In this document: positions 14,091 through 26,289 of the stretch, in pieces | Numbering within the stretch: the stretch's first letter is position 1 | How the letters are laid out: every line of letters begins with the position of its first letter | Source: Chiloscyllium plagiosum | Lineage: Eukaryota | Reading direction: 5' to 3' | DNA length: 64,000 nt | NCBI RefSeq assembly: GCF_004010195.1 | Contig: NC_057752.1 | Span: forward strand, 15,672,380-15,736,379 | Translations under genes and position numbers: made by a program | Notes under the pieces: model-generated | What the model was told of the DNA's origin: nothing | What the model saw: the letters and a program-made list of their open reading frames with translations, nothing else | The model's database searches: none

Positions 14091-14880
14091 TGTGTGTCTG
14101 TAGAGGGTTAGATGGACAGATTACAATGCGTGTGCCTGTAGAGGGGTTAGATGGACAGATTACAATGTCTGTGTATGTAGAGGGGGAGACGGACAGATGA
14201 CAATTGGTGTGTCTGTAGAGGGGGAGACGGACAGATTACAATGTGTGTGTCTGTAGATGGTTAGATGTACAGATTACAATGTGTGTGTCTGTAGAGGGGG
14301 AGACGGACAGATTACAATGTGTGTGTCTGTAGAGGGTTAGATGGACAGATTAGAATGTGTGTGTCTGTAGAGGGGGAGACGGACAGGTTACAATGTGTTT
14401 CTGTAGAGGGTTAGATAGACAGATTACAATGCATGTGTCTGTCGAGGGGTAGATGGACAGATTACAATGTGTGTGTCTGTAGAGGGGTAGATGGACAGAT
14501 TATAATGTGTGTGTCTGTAGAGGGAGAGACAGACAGATTACAATGTGTGTGTCTGTAGAGGTGGAGATGGACAGATTACAATGTGCGTATCTGTAAAGTG
14601 GGAGACGGACAGATTACAATGTGTGTGTCTGTAGAGGGTTAGATGGACAGATTAGAATGTGTGTGTCTGTAGAGGGGGAGACGGACAGGTTACAATGTGT
14701 TTCTGTAGAGGGTTAGATAGACAGATTACAATGCATGTGTCTGTCGAGGGGTTGATGGACAGATTACAATGTGTGTGTCTGTAGAGGGGTAGATGGACAG
14801 ATTACAATGTGTGTGTCTGTAGAGGGAGAGACAGACAGATTACAATGTGTGTATCTATCGAGGGGTAGATGGACAGATCA
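14090..14880. repeat. ~38-bp minisatellite (GTCTGTAGAGGGGGAGACGGACAGATTACAATGTGTGT)n
   Basis: About 21 units with a 302-bp higher-order duplication (markers at 14381 and 14683). Degenerate units also occur at 11120-11210, 12040-12300, 14880-15200, 16085-16830 and 17285-17340. Confidence 0.95.
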
Positions 14881-15249
14881 GAATGTGTTTGTGGGAGATG
14901 TGGGGGATATGAATAAAGTACAATACGTGTGTTTCGTGGGGGAGCGTCTGATTAGAATGTGTGTGCATTTGGGAGGAGGACTGATTACAATCTGTCTGCA
15001 TACAGCTGGAGAGGGGCAGATTACATTGTGTACGTGTATGGGGTAGAGGGAGAGATTATAACATCTGTGGGTATGTTGGGGGGACCAACTAATCACAACG
15101 TTTGTATCATGGGGGCAGATGGACTGATTACAATGTGTGTTTGTAATCGGGTAGAGGGACTGATTGAAATGTGCGTGTAAAATAGTGAAGTAGGATTGAT
15201 TACCTTGTGTGTGTGTGTTTGTATATGTAGTTGGGGGAAGGGGAGGTCG

Positions 15250-15603
15250 TAGATTTGTTCACCGAGTCGATGTGTTTTACTGCAGACGTTTCGTCACCTC
15301 GCTAGGTGACATTGTCAGTGCACCTGGTGAAGCATTGGTGGTCTATCCTGCCCGGTATTTATGTGTCCCTGTTTTATTTGGTACTTACGGTTCTGTAGCC
15401 TGTGTGGTTTGTATATGGAGTTCAGTGCAATATGTTTTTTGATTGAGTGCCAGGCTTCAAGGAGTTCTCTCGCGTGTCTCTGTTTTTCCTATGCCAGGAT
15501 GGTTACGTTGTCCCAGTTGAATTTATGTCTTTTACTGTCTGTGTGGGTGGAAATGAGAGAGTACAAGTCGTGTCTGGAGTGACGAGCTGATGATCATGCA
15601 CTA
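15250..15603 (-). mobile_element. Penelope-like element 3' fragment (second family)
   Basis: The minus strand reads HDLYSLISTHTDSKRHKFNWDNVTILA*EKQRHARELLEAWHS (GIY-YIG C-terminal motif), then a terminal gacgaaacgtctgc motif. Confidence 0.75.
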
Positions 15604-15638
15604 GTATTGGGGGAAGTTGTTGAGTGCAAGGTTTTTCT

Positions 15639-16079
15639 TGTTATAATCCCAGCTGAGCTTACCAATGGACACATCAGACCTCAGACTTAAAACTGGCCCG
15701 GTCAATTCTATTTTCTTTTACTAGTCAAGCACCAGCTAAGACTTCCAAAAACTTCAAACATGAAACAAAAAACGTGTTTTCTTTTTCTATACCATGAAAT
15801 TCACCACTTACCATCGAAAATAAAATAATCTCTGAATTTCTGACCTCAATGCCTCATGCACCACGCTGGTTTCTTTATTCAGTCGTAAACTCTCACAATG
15901 TAAACACGTTACCATTAGCCTCACAGAACTGAGTCTGGAAGAATTGTTTTAAAAGCAATTACCCATCGTGACAGAAATCCGATGGGTTAATTATTAAATT
16001 CTGTCAGGCAGACAGAAAAACCACATGCCAAAATCCAATATTTAAAATAAATGATCTTTAAACATGAATAAAACATACA
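15639..16079 (-). repeat. LTR-like ~440 bp unit, copy B
   Basis: Homologous to copies A and C, including their flanks. Confidence 0.7.
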
Positions 16080-16844
16080 TCGCAGTGTGTGTAGAGAGGG
16101 AGATGGGCAGATTATAATGTGTGATTGTAGAGAGAGAGATGGACAGATCGCAACGTAGGTGTATGGTGGGGTGAGGGACAGATTACAATGTGCATGTTTA
16201 TTTGGGAAAAGTGACCAATTATAGTGTGCGTGCAGAGGGGGAGAGACTGATTAAAGTTTGTGTGTATAATCCAGGAAAGAGACTGGTTACAGTGTATTAA
16301 AAAAGTGGAGAAGACATACTGATTACAGGGTGTGCACGCTGTGTGGGAGACTGTTTAGAATGTGTTTATGTGGAAAGGGGGATGTCTGTGTATGTGTGAG
16401 AGACTGAGTACAATGTTTGTGTGTGTAGCAGGGGAGAGGGACTGATTACAATTTCTGTGTTTTGTGGAGAAAAGAGACTGGTAACAATTTGTGTATGAAA
16501 TGGGGGAGACGGACTGATTACAATGTGTAAGTGCAGTGGGGAAGACAGACTGATTGCAATATGTATGTGAGTGTGTGCAATATGTATGTGAGTGTGTGTG
16601 TAGTTGAGATTCCAATGTGTTTGTGTGTAGAGGGCAAATGGCCTCATTACATGTGTATGTATCCTGGTGATATAGACTGATGATAATTTGTTGGTGCAGC
16701 GGGGGATAGGGAGTGATTGCAATATGTTTGTCTGTTTGTGTATGGTGGGGTAGCGACTGAGTGCAATGTGTGTGTAGTAATGGAACAAGATTGATTGCAA
16801 TGTGTGTGTGTGTTGGGGTAAGGTGTTGAGTGCAATGCTTTTCT

Positions 16845-17278
16845 TGTTATAACCCCAATTGATATTATGACTCGACACATTAGCTCTCAGACTGAAATCT
16901 CACCTAGTCAATCATATTCTCCTTTCTACCTCCAGCACCCAATTCAGACTTCTATAAACTTCAAACATAAAGGCCAAAAGCATTTCTTTTTCTCTCACCT
17001 ATGGACAATACCACTGAACAAAGAAAGTAATCTCTGAGCTTCTGACCCCAATGCATCAGGCGCAACACTGGTGACTTTATTCAGTCATAAGCTCTCCCAA
17101 TGCAAATAAATTACCATTAGCCTCACAGAACTGAGTCTCTTAGGATTATTTTAAAGCAATCACCACAGAGACAGACATCCAATGAGTTAATCATTAAACC
17201 CTGTCAGATAGACAGAAAAGCCACATGCCAAAATCAAATATCTAAAATAAATTGTCTTCAACATGAATAAAACATACA
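16845..17278 (-). repeat. LTR-like ~440 bp unit, copy C
   Basis: Homologous to copies A and B, including their flanks. Confidence 0.7.
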
Positions 17279-17409
17279 TCACAGAATGTGGTGGGGTGAG
17301 GGACTGATTACAATGCGTGTATATTAGGAAGAGGGACTATTTGTTGCTTTGATTCCAATTATGTTACAACTAGACACATCAGTATTCAGAAATGAAATTG
17401 TTCTATTTC

Positions 17410-17685
17410 AGCTATTACAAGGGGGCATAGCTTTAAATTAAGAGGGGGTAGGTATAGGACAGATGTTAGGGGTAGGTTCTTTACTCAGCGAGTCGTGAAT
17501 TCATGGAATGCCCTGCCAGTAGCAGTGGTGGACTCTCCCTCATTATGGGCATTTAAGCGGGCATTGGATAGGCATATGGAGGATAGTGGACTAGTGTAAG
17601 TTAGGTGGGCTTGGATCGGCGCAACATCGAGGGCCAAAGGGCTTGTACTGCGCTGTATTCTTCTATGTTCTATGTTCTATGTTCT
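17410..17685 (+). mobile_element. CR1 3' end with (TTCTATG)n tail
   Basis: TRGHSFKLRG...FFTQRVV motif and a tandem ttctatg tail. Confidence 0.85.
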
Positions 17686-18399
17686 GGTGAACGCTGGATG
17701 CTCCCTCTTCAGGGGCACACAGTATTGCACAAGCTCATTGTGGTTGCTGGCAGCTAAGATACCCATGCACAAATCCACCCAAAGTTGTTTTCTGATACTG
17801 GATCAACAAATTGCTGACGTAATCAGACCCAAAAACATTGGTGTCGAATCTCCAATTTGACCAAACTCCTCCCCAATTGGCAGCTAAATCTTCAGAGTGT
17901 GGATGTCTAAAGTGGGTGAGTACAGCAAGGGTAATGTCAAATCATAAGCATGTCAAGACTCTGCACAGCAGAGTTTTGAGTAAAAGGCAATTAAGACAGT
18001 AAGAAGAGTGAGAGCAGGAGGGAATGGTGCCGATGATGATCTTCGGGACAATGAGGGAAAAGTCAAACCCAAAAATACAGGAAGCGGATATATGCAATAG
18101 ACTGAATGACATCTGTCTATACTGGAATCGTCTTTGCTGTTAGGAGGAGGCTATTCAGTCCCTCAGGATTGTCTCTCCCACGACCTTCTGGCTGATCTGG
18201 GACCACAGCTCATGAATCTTATGACAAACCACCTCACCAAGATGGCAGGCATCTGGCTGGGTCATTCCCTCACCAAAGTGGCGGCCAACGAGCCGCCTTC
18301 TCTCACCTGACCACGGGGTAAACGCAAAACCTGTGGGCTCTTATTCGGGGCCTCAGGCCTCTTCTTCCGGTCCCTGTCCCCTTTGAGAATATTCTGCAC

Positions 18400-18900
18400 C
18401 TTCTCTGAGCATTCTTTACCTTGGCACCAGGAAGGCAGCACACCATTCTGATATTTCATTGCTGGTCACAGCAACATCTGTCTGTGCCTCTGACTAGAGA
18501 ATCCCCTATCCTCTTCATGACAGAGGAGCCAGTCTTGGTACCAGAAACCTGGCTGTTCATGCTACTTTCCCCTGAGAGTGCATCACCCCCTACATTTTGC
18601 AAAACAGCATACTTGATGAGAATAGCCACAGGAGACTCCTGCAGTACCTGCCTCCCTCTCCTACATTTCCTGGAAGTAACCCATCTATCTGACTGTATCT
18701 GCAGTTTTTCTTCCTCACTGAAACTGCCATCCAACACACACCCAGCTCTAACTGCCACTCCAACCAATCCATACAATAAAATAGGCTTCACAACCAAACA
18801 CATTTCCTGCAAACATAATCTTCAGGAACATTGAAATTCTCCCGATTCGCCACGTTTGACAGGAAGAGCACATCACTCTACAAAATGCCATCTTTGCACC
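18400..18900 (-). mobile_element. Degenerate CR1 ORF1 fragment
   Basis: ORF 18456-18812 contains WVTSRKCRR...QESPVAI...IGDSLVRGTDRCCC. Confidence 0.8.
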
Positions 18901-19014
18901 CTAACAATCAACAGAGCCAGAAAATAGCACTGTCTTACTCCTCTAATAACACTGCTCCAGGATAACTTAGTACCAATGTTTTATATTTTAAACAAAATTT
19001 TAATCAAGAGACTT

Positions 19015-19280
19015 AGATTACTTACAGTGTGGAAACAGGCCCTTTGGCCCAATAAGTCCCCACCAACCCACAACCCACCCAGACCCCTTCCCCTGCATTT
19101 ACCCCTTCTACTAACACTACAGGCAATTTAGCATGGCCAATTCACCTAACCTGCACAGTGTTTTGGACTGTGGGAGGAAACCCATACAGACACGGGGAGA
19201 ATGTGCAAACTCCACACAGTCAGTCGCCTGAGGCGGGAATTGAACCCGGGTCTCTGGCACTGTGCCACCATGCCGCCCAC
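19015..19280 (-). mobile_element. HE1-like SINE
   Basis: Closely similar to 11214-11544, with internal deletions. Confidence 0.85.
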
Positions 19281-20035
19281 ATAGTATTAAATCCAAAGAG
19301 GAGATATATAAAGTTGCCAGAAAAGCAGCAAGCCTGAAGACTTGGATCAGTTCAGAATTCAGCAAAAAAGGAAAGAAATATGAATCAAGAGGGAGGATAT
19401 AAAATATGAGCGTAAACTGGTAGGGAACATTAAAACTGATTGAAAGCCTCTGTAAATATGTGAAAGGATAAAGATTAGCATAAACAAATGTAGGTCTGTT
19501 ACAGTCAGAAATGGGAAAAACTGTAATGGAAACAAATAAATGGCAGAAGAACTGAACAAATGTTTTAATTTTGTCTTCACACAATAATGTATGAATAATT
19601 TCTCAAAAACTTCAAGAAACCAAGGGTCTTGTGAGAATGAAGAAGTGAAAAACATTTGTATTAGTAGAAAACATTGTGCTAGAGAAATTGATGGGGTTAA
19701 AGGGTGACAAATCAGCACAATTTAAGAATCTACATCCCAGAGTATTAAATAAAGTGGCCCTGGAAGTATTGATTGTGATGGTGGTCACCTTCCAAAATTC
19801 TACAGATTCTGAAACAGTTCCTATAGATTAGAAGTTGGCAAATGTAAGCCATTATTTAAAAAGAAGGAGGGGCAGAGAAAAAAATGAGAATTACAGACCA
19901 GTGAGCCTAACATCAGTAGCAGGACAAATGCTTTAGTCTATAATGAAAGATGTGATAACAGAACATTCAGAAAGCAACAACAGGATTCATCAAAGTCAGC
20001 ATGGGTTTAAGAAAGGGAAATCATGCCAAGCTTAA

Positions 20036-22052
20036 AGAGGTGGCATGGTGACTTAAAGGTTTGCACTGCCATGTGCCAGGGACCTGGGTTCAATTCCAGT
20101 CTTGGGCTAATGTCTGTGTGGAATTTGCATGTTGTCCACATGTCTGTGTGGGTTTCCTCTGGGTGCTCTAGTTCCCTCCCACAGTCCAAAGATGTGCGGC
20201 TTAGATGGATATGCCATGCTAAATTGCCCACTAGTGTCCATTGATTAGGTGGATTAGCGATGGGAAATGTCGGGATAGGGTTGAAGAAAGTGAGGACTGC
20301 AGATGCTGGAGATCAGAGTCGAGAATGTGGTACTGGAAAAGCACAGCAGGTCAGGCAGCATCCAAGGAGCAGGAGAGTCGACTTTTTGGGCATAAGCCCT
20401 TCATCAGGAATGAGGCTTGTGGATTGGGGCTGAGAGATAAATGGGAGGGGTTTGGGGGAGGTAGCTGAGAAAGTGATAGGCGGATGAAGGTGAAGGAGAG
20501 GTGATAGGTCAGAGGGGCAGTGATGGACGGGTCTGGAGGGCGGTGCCGAGTTGGAGGTTTGGGACTAGGATAATTTTGGGGGAGAGGACATGAGGAAGCT
20601 GTTGAAATCCACATTTATCCCGTGTGGTTGCAGGGTCCCAAAGCAGAATATGAGGCATTCTCCCTCGAGGCGTCGGGTGGTAAGGGTTTGGCATGGAGGA
20701 GGCCCAGGACCTGCATGTCCTTGACAGAGTAGGAGGGGGAATTGAAGTGTTCAGCCACGGGGCAGTGGGGTTGGTGGGTGTGGGTGTCCCAGAGATTTTC
20801 TCTGAAACCATCTGCAAGAAGGCATCCTGTCTTCCCAATGTAGAGGCGATCATACCGGGTGCAATGGATACATGCAATGTATTTCGACATCCTCAGAAGG
20901 ATACATGCAATACCTCTACCAATGTCATCTACTGCATCTGTTGCACCCGGTGTGGTCTCCTCTACAGGACGCCTTCTTGTGGATCGTTTCAAAGAACATC
21001 TGTGGGACACCCGTACCCACCAACCCCACCGCCCCATTGCTGAGCACTTCAACTCCCCCTCCCACTCCATCAAGGCATGCAGGTCCTGGGCCTCCTCCAC
21101 CGCCAAGCCCTTACCTCCCAACGCCTGGACGAAGAACGCTTTGGGGTCCTGCAAGCACACGGGATAAATGTGGATTTCAACAGTTTCCTCATTTCTCTTC
21201 CCCCCACATTATCCCAGTCCCAAGCCTCCAACTCAGCACCACTCTCCAGACCTATCCATCCCTCCCCCCAACTCTCCCATCCACCTTCTCCCTCACCTTC
21301 ATCCACGTATCGCTTTCCCAGTTACCTCCCCCCAACCCCACTACCCCTCCCATTTATCTCTCAGCCCTGACCCACAAACTTCATCGCTGATGAAGGGCTG
21401 ATGTCCGAAACATTGACTGTCCTGCCCCTCGGATGCTGCCTGACCTGCTGTGCTTTTCCAGCACCACCCTCTCGACTCTGATCTCCAGCATCTGCAGTCC
21501 TCACTTTCTCCTAGTTGATTTCAACCCTGCTGTGAATCCTCTTCCAAGGATGCCTACCTTGAAGAAGTTCTCCTCCTCTCTCTACAAGGATCTCAGTGAG
21601 TCCCTGTCTCACTGGACCTCCCCAAGTCCTCTCCTATGCCCTGAAGCTCTTCAGCCATGTCCTCAAGCAGACTCGCTACCACAGCCACATCTCCTCCCTC
21701 AGTACCTGCCCACGGAACCGTCTGATTCCACATGGACTCCAGACCACATTCAGACCACCACAATTTGGACTTGAACAGGATACCCAGTACACACTACAAA
21801 TGCAAAACCTTCAGCAACAATTCTCTTTCCAGATCCTCTGCTCCACCTTATCGGCCATGCGCCGCCATCTACTGTACCTGCAGTCAGTCCTGCCTCAGCT
21901 CAGAGCCTCACTTTTCGAGGCCTGCAACGGACGTCAGTATTTCTGCATCCTCAGAGGGATAGGGTAGGGGCTAGATTGGGTTGTGATGCACGTCAGAGGG
22001 CTGGTGCAGACTTGATAGGCCAAATGGTCCCTTTCTGCACTGTCAGGATTCT
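20036..22052 (+). mobile_element. HE1-like SINE split by a Penelope insertion (parts 20036-20280 and ~21956-22052)
   Basis: SINE head and body before 20283, tail after 21955; gggataggg occurs at both junctions. Confidence 0.7.
20283..21955. mobile_element. Penelope-like element with inverted GIY-YIG/terminal-repeat arms
   Basis: Minus arm 20283-20880 reads CIHCTRYDRLYIGKTG...HCPVAEHFNSPS. Plus arm 20890-21510 reads NVIYCICCTRCGLLY...AEHFNSPSHS, followed by 5' ORF-like sequence to 21955. Confidence 0.85.
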
Positions 22053-23040
22053 AATCTGGAATTTTTTGAGGGTGTAACTGTTAAATAGATAAAGTGTATT
22101 GGATGTCGTAGATTTAGAGTTCATAAAGCTTTTGAAGAGGTCCCACATGTCAGGTTAGTGGGGAATATTAAAGCACATGGGATAAGAAGCAAGTATTGGC
22201 ATGGACTGAGAATTAGTTGACAGACGGGAAACAGAGAGTCCGAATAAATGGGTCTTTTTCTGGGTGGCAGGCAGTAACTGGTGGAGTACCACAAAGATCA
22301 GTTCTTGGGCCCTAGCTTTTCACAGTATGAATAAATGTCCTGGACGAGGGAACTAAATGCAATATTTCCAAGTTTGCTTTGATGACACAAAAATGGGTAG
22401 GATTGTGAGCTGCACAGAAGATGCAATGGAGCGTCAAGATGATTTGGACAAGTTGAGTGAGTGGGCAAACACATGGCAGATAGAGTAAAGTGTGGTTAAA
22501 TATAAAATCGTACACTTAGATGTGGAAAACAATATGAAATAGTATCGTTTAAATGGTGGTATCTTGGGAATTATGGATCTACAAAGAGAATTGAATGGAG
22601 ATCGGTAGGCGCAGCAAGCAATTAGGAAGATGAATGGTATATCGGCCTTCATTACAAGAGGATTTGAGCTCAGGAGGAGAGATGATGTGTTGCAGTTATA
22701 TAGGGTCTTGGTGAGACCAGATATACAGAATTGCCTGCAGTTTTGATCTTCCTACCAAAGAAAGGATATACTTGCCATAGAGGGTGTGCAATGGAGATTC
22801 ACTGGGTTGATACTGGGATGGCAGAATTATGAGAACAGATTGGTTTGACAAGGCCTGTGTTCACAAGTTTAGAAGAATGGGAGGGGATCTGATTGAACCA
22901 TTTGAATTCTAACAGGACTGGTCATGCTAAATGCAGGGAGGATGTTTTCCCAGTTGGCTGTCTAGAAGGTCAGGATGCAGGGCAGATCATTTAAGACTAA
23001 GTTGAGGAAAGCTTTCTTCAGTTAAAAGGCGGTGAAAAAC

Positions 23041-23665
23041 TGAAATAACTTCATTCCGGTATCCTGTCACCAAGTCACCCTTTATTTACACATGCATAGT
23101 ACTTGACACCGCTCCCGCTCCCTCAGAGCCAGCTCTCAGAGCGAGCAGAATGCCTGAAACACCTATTTAACAGGATATTAAGAGTTCATAAGAGATCAGA
23201 AACTAAGTAGTTTTGGGGGATGATATAATGACAGTTAGGAAATAGGACATAACAAATGTTAAGATAAAAGCCAAGTTCATACAGATTGACGACAAGGAAT
23301 TTGACAAGCTATGAGAGTGTGCTCCAGATCATCTAATCATTGAAAGAAAATTTTCTGTGAAGGATCTTAAAATTTTTACATGTTCAGTAGGGCAGGTATA
23401 GTGATGATATCTACATTTGTGAAGAAGTCCAAAGTCAGGGGCTGAAATAACTCCACAGAGGCCGGTATCCCGTCACCAAGTCACCCTTTATTTACACATG
23501 CATAGTACTTGACACTGATCCTGCTCCCTCAGAGTGAGCAGAACGTCTGAAACACCTGTTTAAATCTGTCAGTCAGGGCTCCATGATTGGACCAGGATAA
23601 CAACCCCAATCAGGGAACTCATATTCTTTGATGTCTACCTGGTTGTCTTTGTTAAAATCACTACA
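23041..23665 (-). mobile_element. Short LTR (23443-23665) plus a partial second copy (23041-23170), probably Gypsy-type
   Basis: The minus strand reads TGTAGTGAT...AATAAA...TTATTTCA. The block gtcaccaagtcaccctttatttacacatgcatagtacttgacac is duplicated. It interrupts the CR1 3' end. Confidence 0.6.
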
Positions 23666-24149
23666 AACGTGTGGAGTTTCCATACAATTTAATCAAACTA
23701 TGCTGTGGTTATCAAGTCTACTTTAACAATAAGCATCAAAATGTGTTCCTACATCTGTTATTGGTGACATTTGCCATTAAGTGTAGCCCATTTCCGGTGC
23801 TCTTATTGATAAATGCACTCTAATTATTGACCCTCTGATTATACACTGCTGCTTCAGCTCCGATAATGTGTCATTCTCTCAATATCGATCCTACGACATT
23901 GCAGCGCTCTAATAGTGCTTACCGTCCCACAGTGCAGCACTCCATCCATTGTGCCCTTCGACAATGCCAAAGGCACGTTTTACGGAACCTCACACAGCAT
24001 CCCATTGCCAATGTTCTGGCAGCACATGATTCCCTCAATCCTTCCCCTTCGACAGTGTAGCCCTCCCTTGGTGCTGACCTGCTGACAGTGCACTGCTTAT
24101 TCAGTTATTTCCTTCTAATAGAACAGTGTCCCCTGAGTTATGGACTAAT

Positions 24150-24855
24150 ACAATGCCTTCAGTGCAGAAAGAGCTCATTTAGCCGATCAAATCCGAAGAG
24201 GATTCCCACCGAGAACCGACCCCCCCCCCCCCCCCGCACCACCTTATCCCTGTAACTCTGCCTTGCCCACGGCTAATCCACCTAGCCTGCACATCCCAGG
24301 ACACTGCAGGGAGGTTTCACATGGCCAATCCATTTAATTCGCACATCTTTTGACTTTGGGAGGAAACTGAAGTTACCCCACTGGTTATTGTCTGCCACCC
24401 AGAAAAAGACCCATTTATTCTGACTCTCTGTATTCTGTCTGTAAAGTAATCCTCAATCCATGCCAATACATTACTCCTTATCCGATGTGTTTTAATTTTA
24501 GCCTTATATGTGGGACCATATCAAACGCTGTATGAACTCCAAATCTACCACATCCATTGGTTCTCCTTTATCTATTCTACCAGTTACCATCCTCAAAACA
24601 ACTCCAGGTTAAAATCCCAACAGTGCAGAAAGGGATGTTTTGGCCTATCAAGTTTGTGCCAGCCCTCTGAAGTGCATCCCACCCAGATCCAGCCCGCTGC
24701 CCTATCCCTGCATTTTCCATGGTGAACTCACCTAGCCTGCACATCCATGGACCTTATGGGACAATTTAACCTGGCTCAACCACTCTAACCTGCTCATCTT
24801 TGGACTGTGGGAGGAAACCAGAGCACCCAGTGGAAACCCACACAGACACAGGGAG
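24150..24855 (-). mobile_element. Two degenerate HE1-like SINE fragments (~24150-24370 and ~24615-24855) around a CR1 scrap
   Basis: cacctagcctgcacatc and ttggactgtgggaggaaacc cores. Confidence 0.65.
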
Positions 24856-25322
24856 AATTCTGCTCCTGTATTCTGATTTCCCTGTTCAGTATCTATTCAG
24901 TATCCTCAAAGCACGTCCGACTGACCTCGCACTGCAAGCTCCTCTGGAGGAACAGCATTCCCTCTTTAGGTTGTCAGCTTAGACTGCAATGTTTGAATCT
25001 TGATGTCGGACTTGGACCTGCAATGTTCTACCTCAGTCACAACAGCGGCAGCCGACAGCAGACACAAGCAAAGGTGACGGGTGAGTCTAAGCGACAAGAT
25101 GTAAACATTGCCCCGAAATTTCCTGGCATCTACTTCCTTCAGGTGAAAGTCATGGCACTCTGATCAGAAATGAGACACCGAAAGGCAGAAGTGATCAGCT
25201 CCTAGATATTTATTCACTTGAAATCAGCAGGGAGACAGGATTTGTGTTGGAGAGTGCTCATGGGATTATCCATTTCAATGGAGCCTGAATTAAAACGTGT
25301 ATCTTTCGGAGATCAGGAGGAT

Positions 25323-25955
25323 GTCTCTCAACAATGATACGAAGATTGGTGGAGTTGTGGATAGTGAGGAGGGCTCTTGTCGGCTGCAAAGGGACTTGGA
25401 TATGATGCAGAGCTGGGCTGAGGAGTGGCAGATGGAGTTCAACCCTGCCAAGTGTGAGGTTGTCCATTTTGGAAAGAAATAAGAATGCAGAATACAGGGT
25501 TAACGGTAGGGTTCTGAGTGAGGTGGAGGAACAGAGGGATCTTGGGGCCTATGTTCATAGGTCTTTGAAAGTTGCCACTCAGGTGGATAGAACTTGTAAG
25601 AAGGCCTATGGTGTATTAGCGTTCATGAGCAGAGAGATTGAATTCAAGAGTCGTGAAGTGATATTGCAACTGTTCAGGACTTTGGTTAGGCCACAGTTGG
25701 AGTACTGTGTGCAGTTCTGGTCGCCTCACTATAGGAAAGATGTGGAAGCTTTGGAGAAGGTGCAGAGAAGATCTACCAGGATGTTGCCTGGAATGGAGAA
25801 AAGGTCGTACGAGGATAGGTTGCTGCCTGTGGGAGTGGTAGACCTTTAAGCGGCAATTGGATAGGTACATGGATGGGTGCTTCAGCTAGGACAAATGTTC
25901 GGCACAACATCGTGGGCCGAAGGGCCTGTTCTGTGCTGTATTGTTCTATGTTCTA
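25323..25955 (+). mobile_element. CR1 3' fragment
   Basis: [23 protein letters not shown] and LVRPQLEYCVQFWSPHYRKD, with a ttctatg tail. Confidence 0.9.
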
Positions 25956-26289
25956 ATGCAAATCGAGACAATCATGTTGATTTCTGTCTGCAGCAGCGAT
26001 GAGGCCAGAAACATCTCCCCAGGGCCCAGATTTCATTTTTCAAACATAGGCCTAGTCTGCAGCGCCCGTTAACTCTGTTGCATCCGAAGGCCGACCCTGA
26101 AATTCATAAAGGAAGATATGATTGATCACCAAAGAAACAACATCACCAGATCCCCACTCCATCTCTCCCAAACTTTCGTGACAGGAAAGTTGAAAGGGCT
26201 GGTAATCTGTCAAGCAAAAACAAAAAAGGTGTATATCCAGGAAGTGTGAATAGCTTCATCTCAGCTGTCCATTCACAAAGGAGACAGTA

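Larger units (their letters stand above)
19283..23030 (+). mobile_element. Old CR1 ORF2 hosting nested SINE and Penelope insertions
   Basis: The CR1 breaks at cagcatgggtttaagaaagggaaatcatg (~20030) and resumes at ctaatctggaattttttgag (~22050). Confidence 0.8.

Noticed and set aside
23041..23665. Intact miniature LTR retrotransposon (TRIM)
   Set aside because: One LTR is partial, no PBS or PPT is evident, and the TSD is at best 3 bp.
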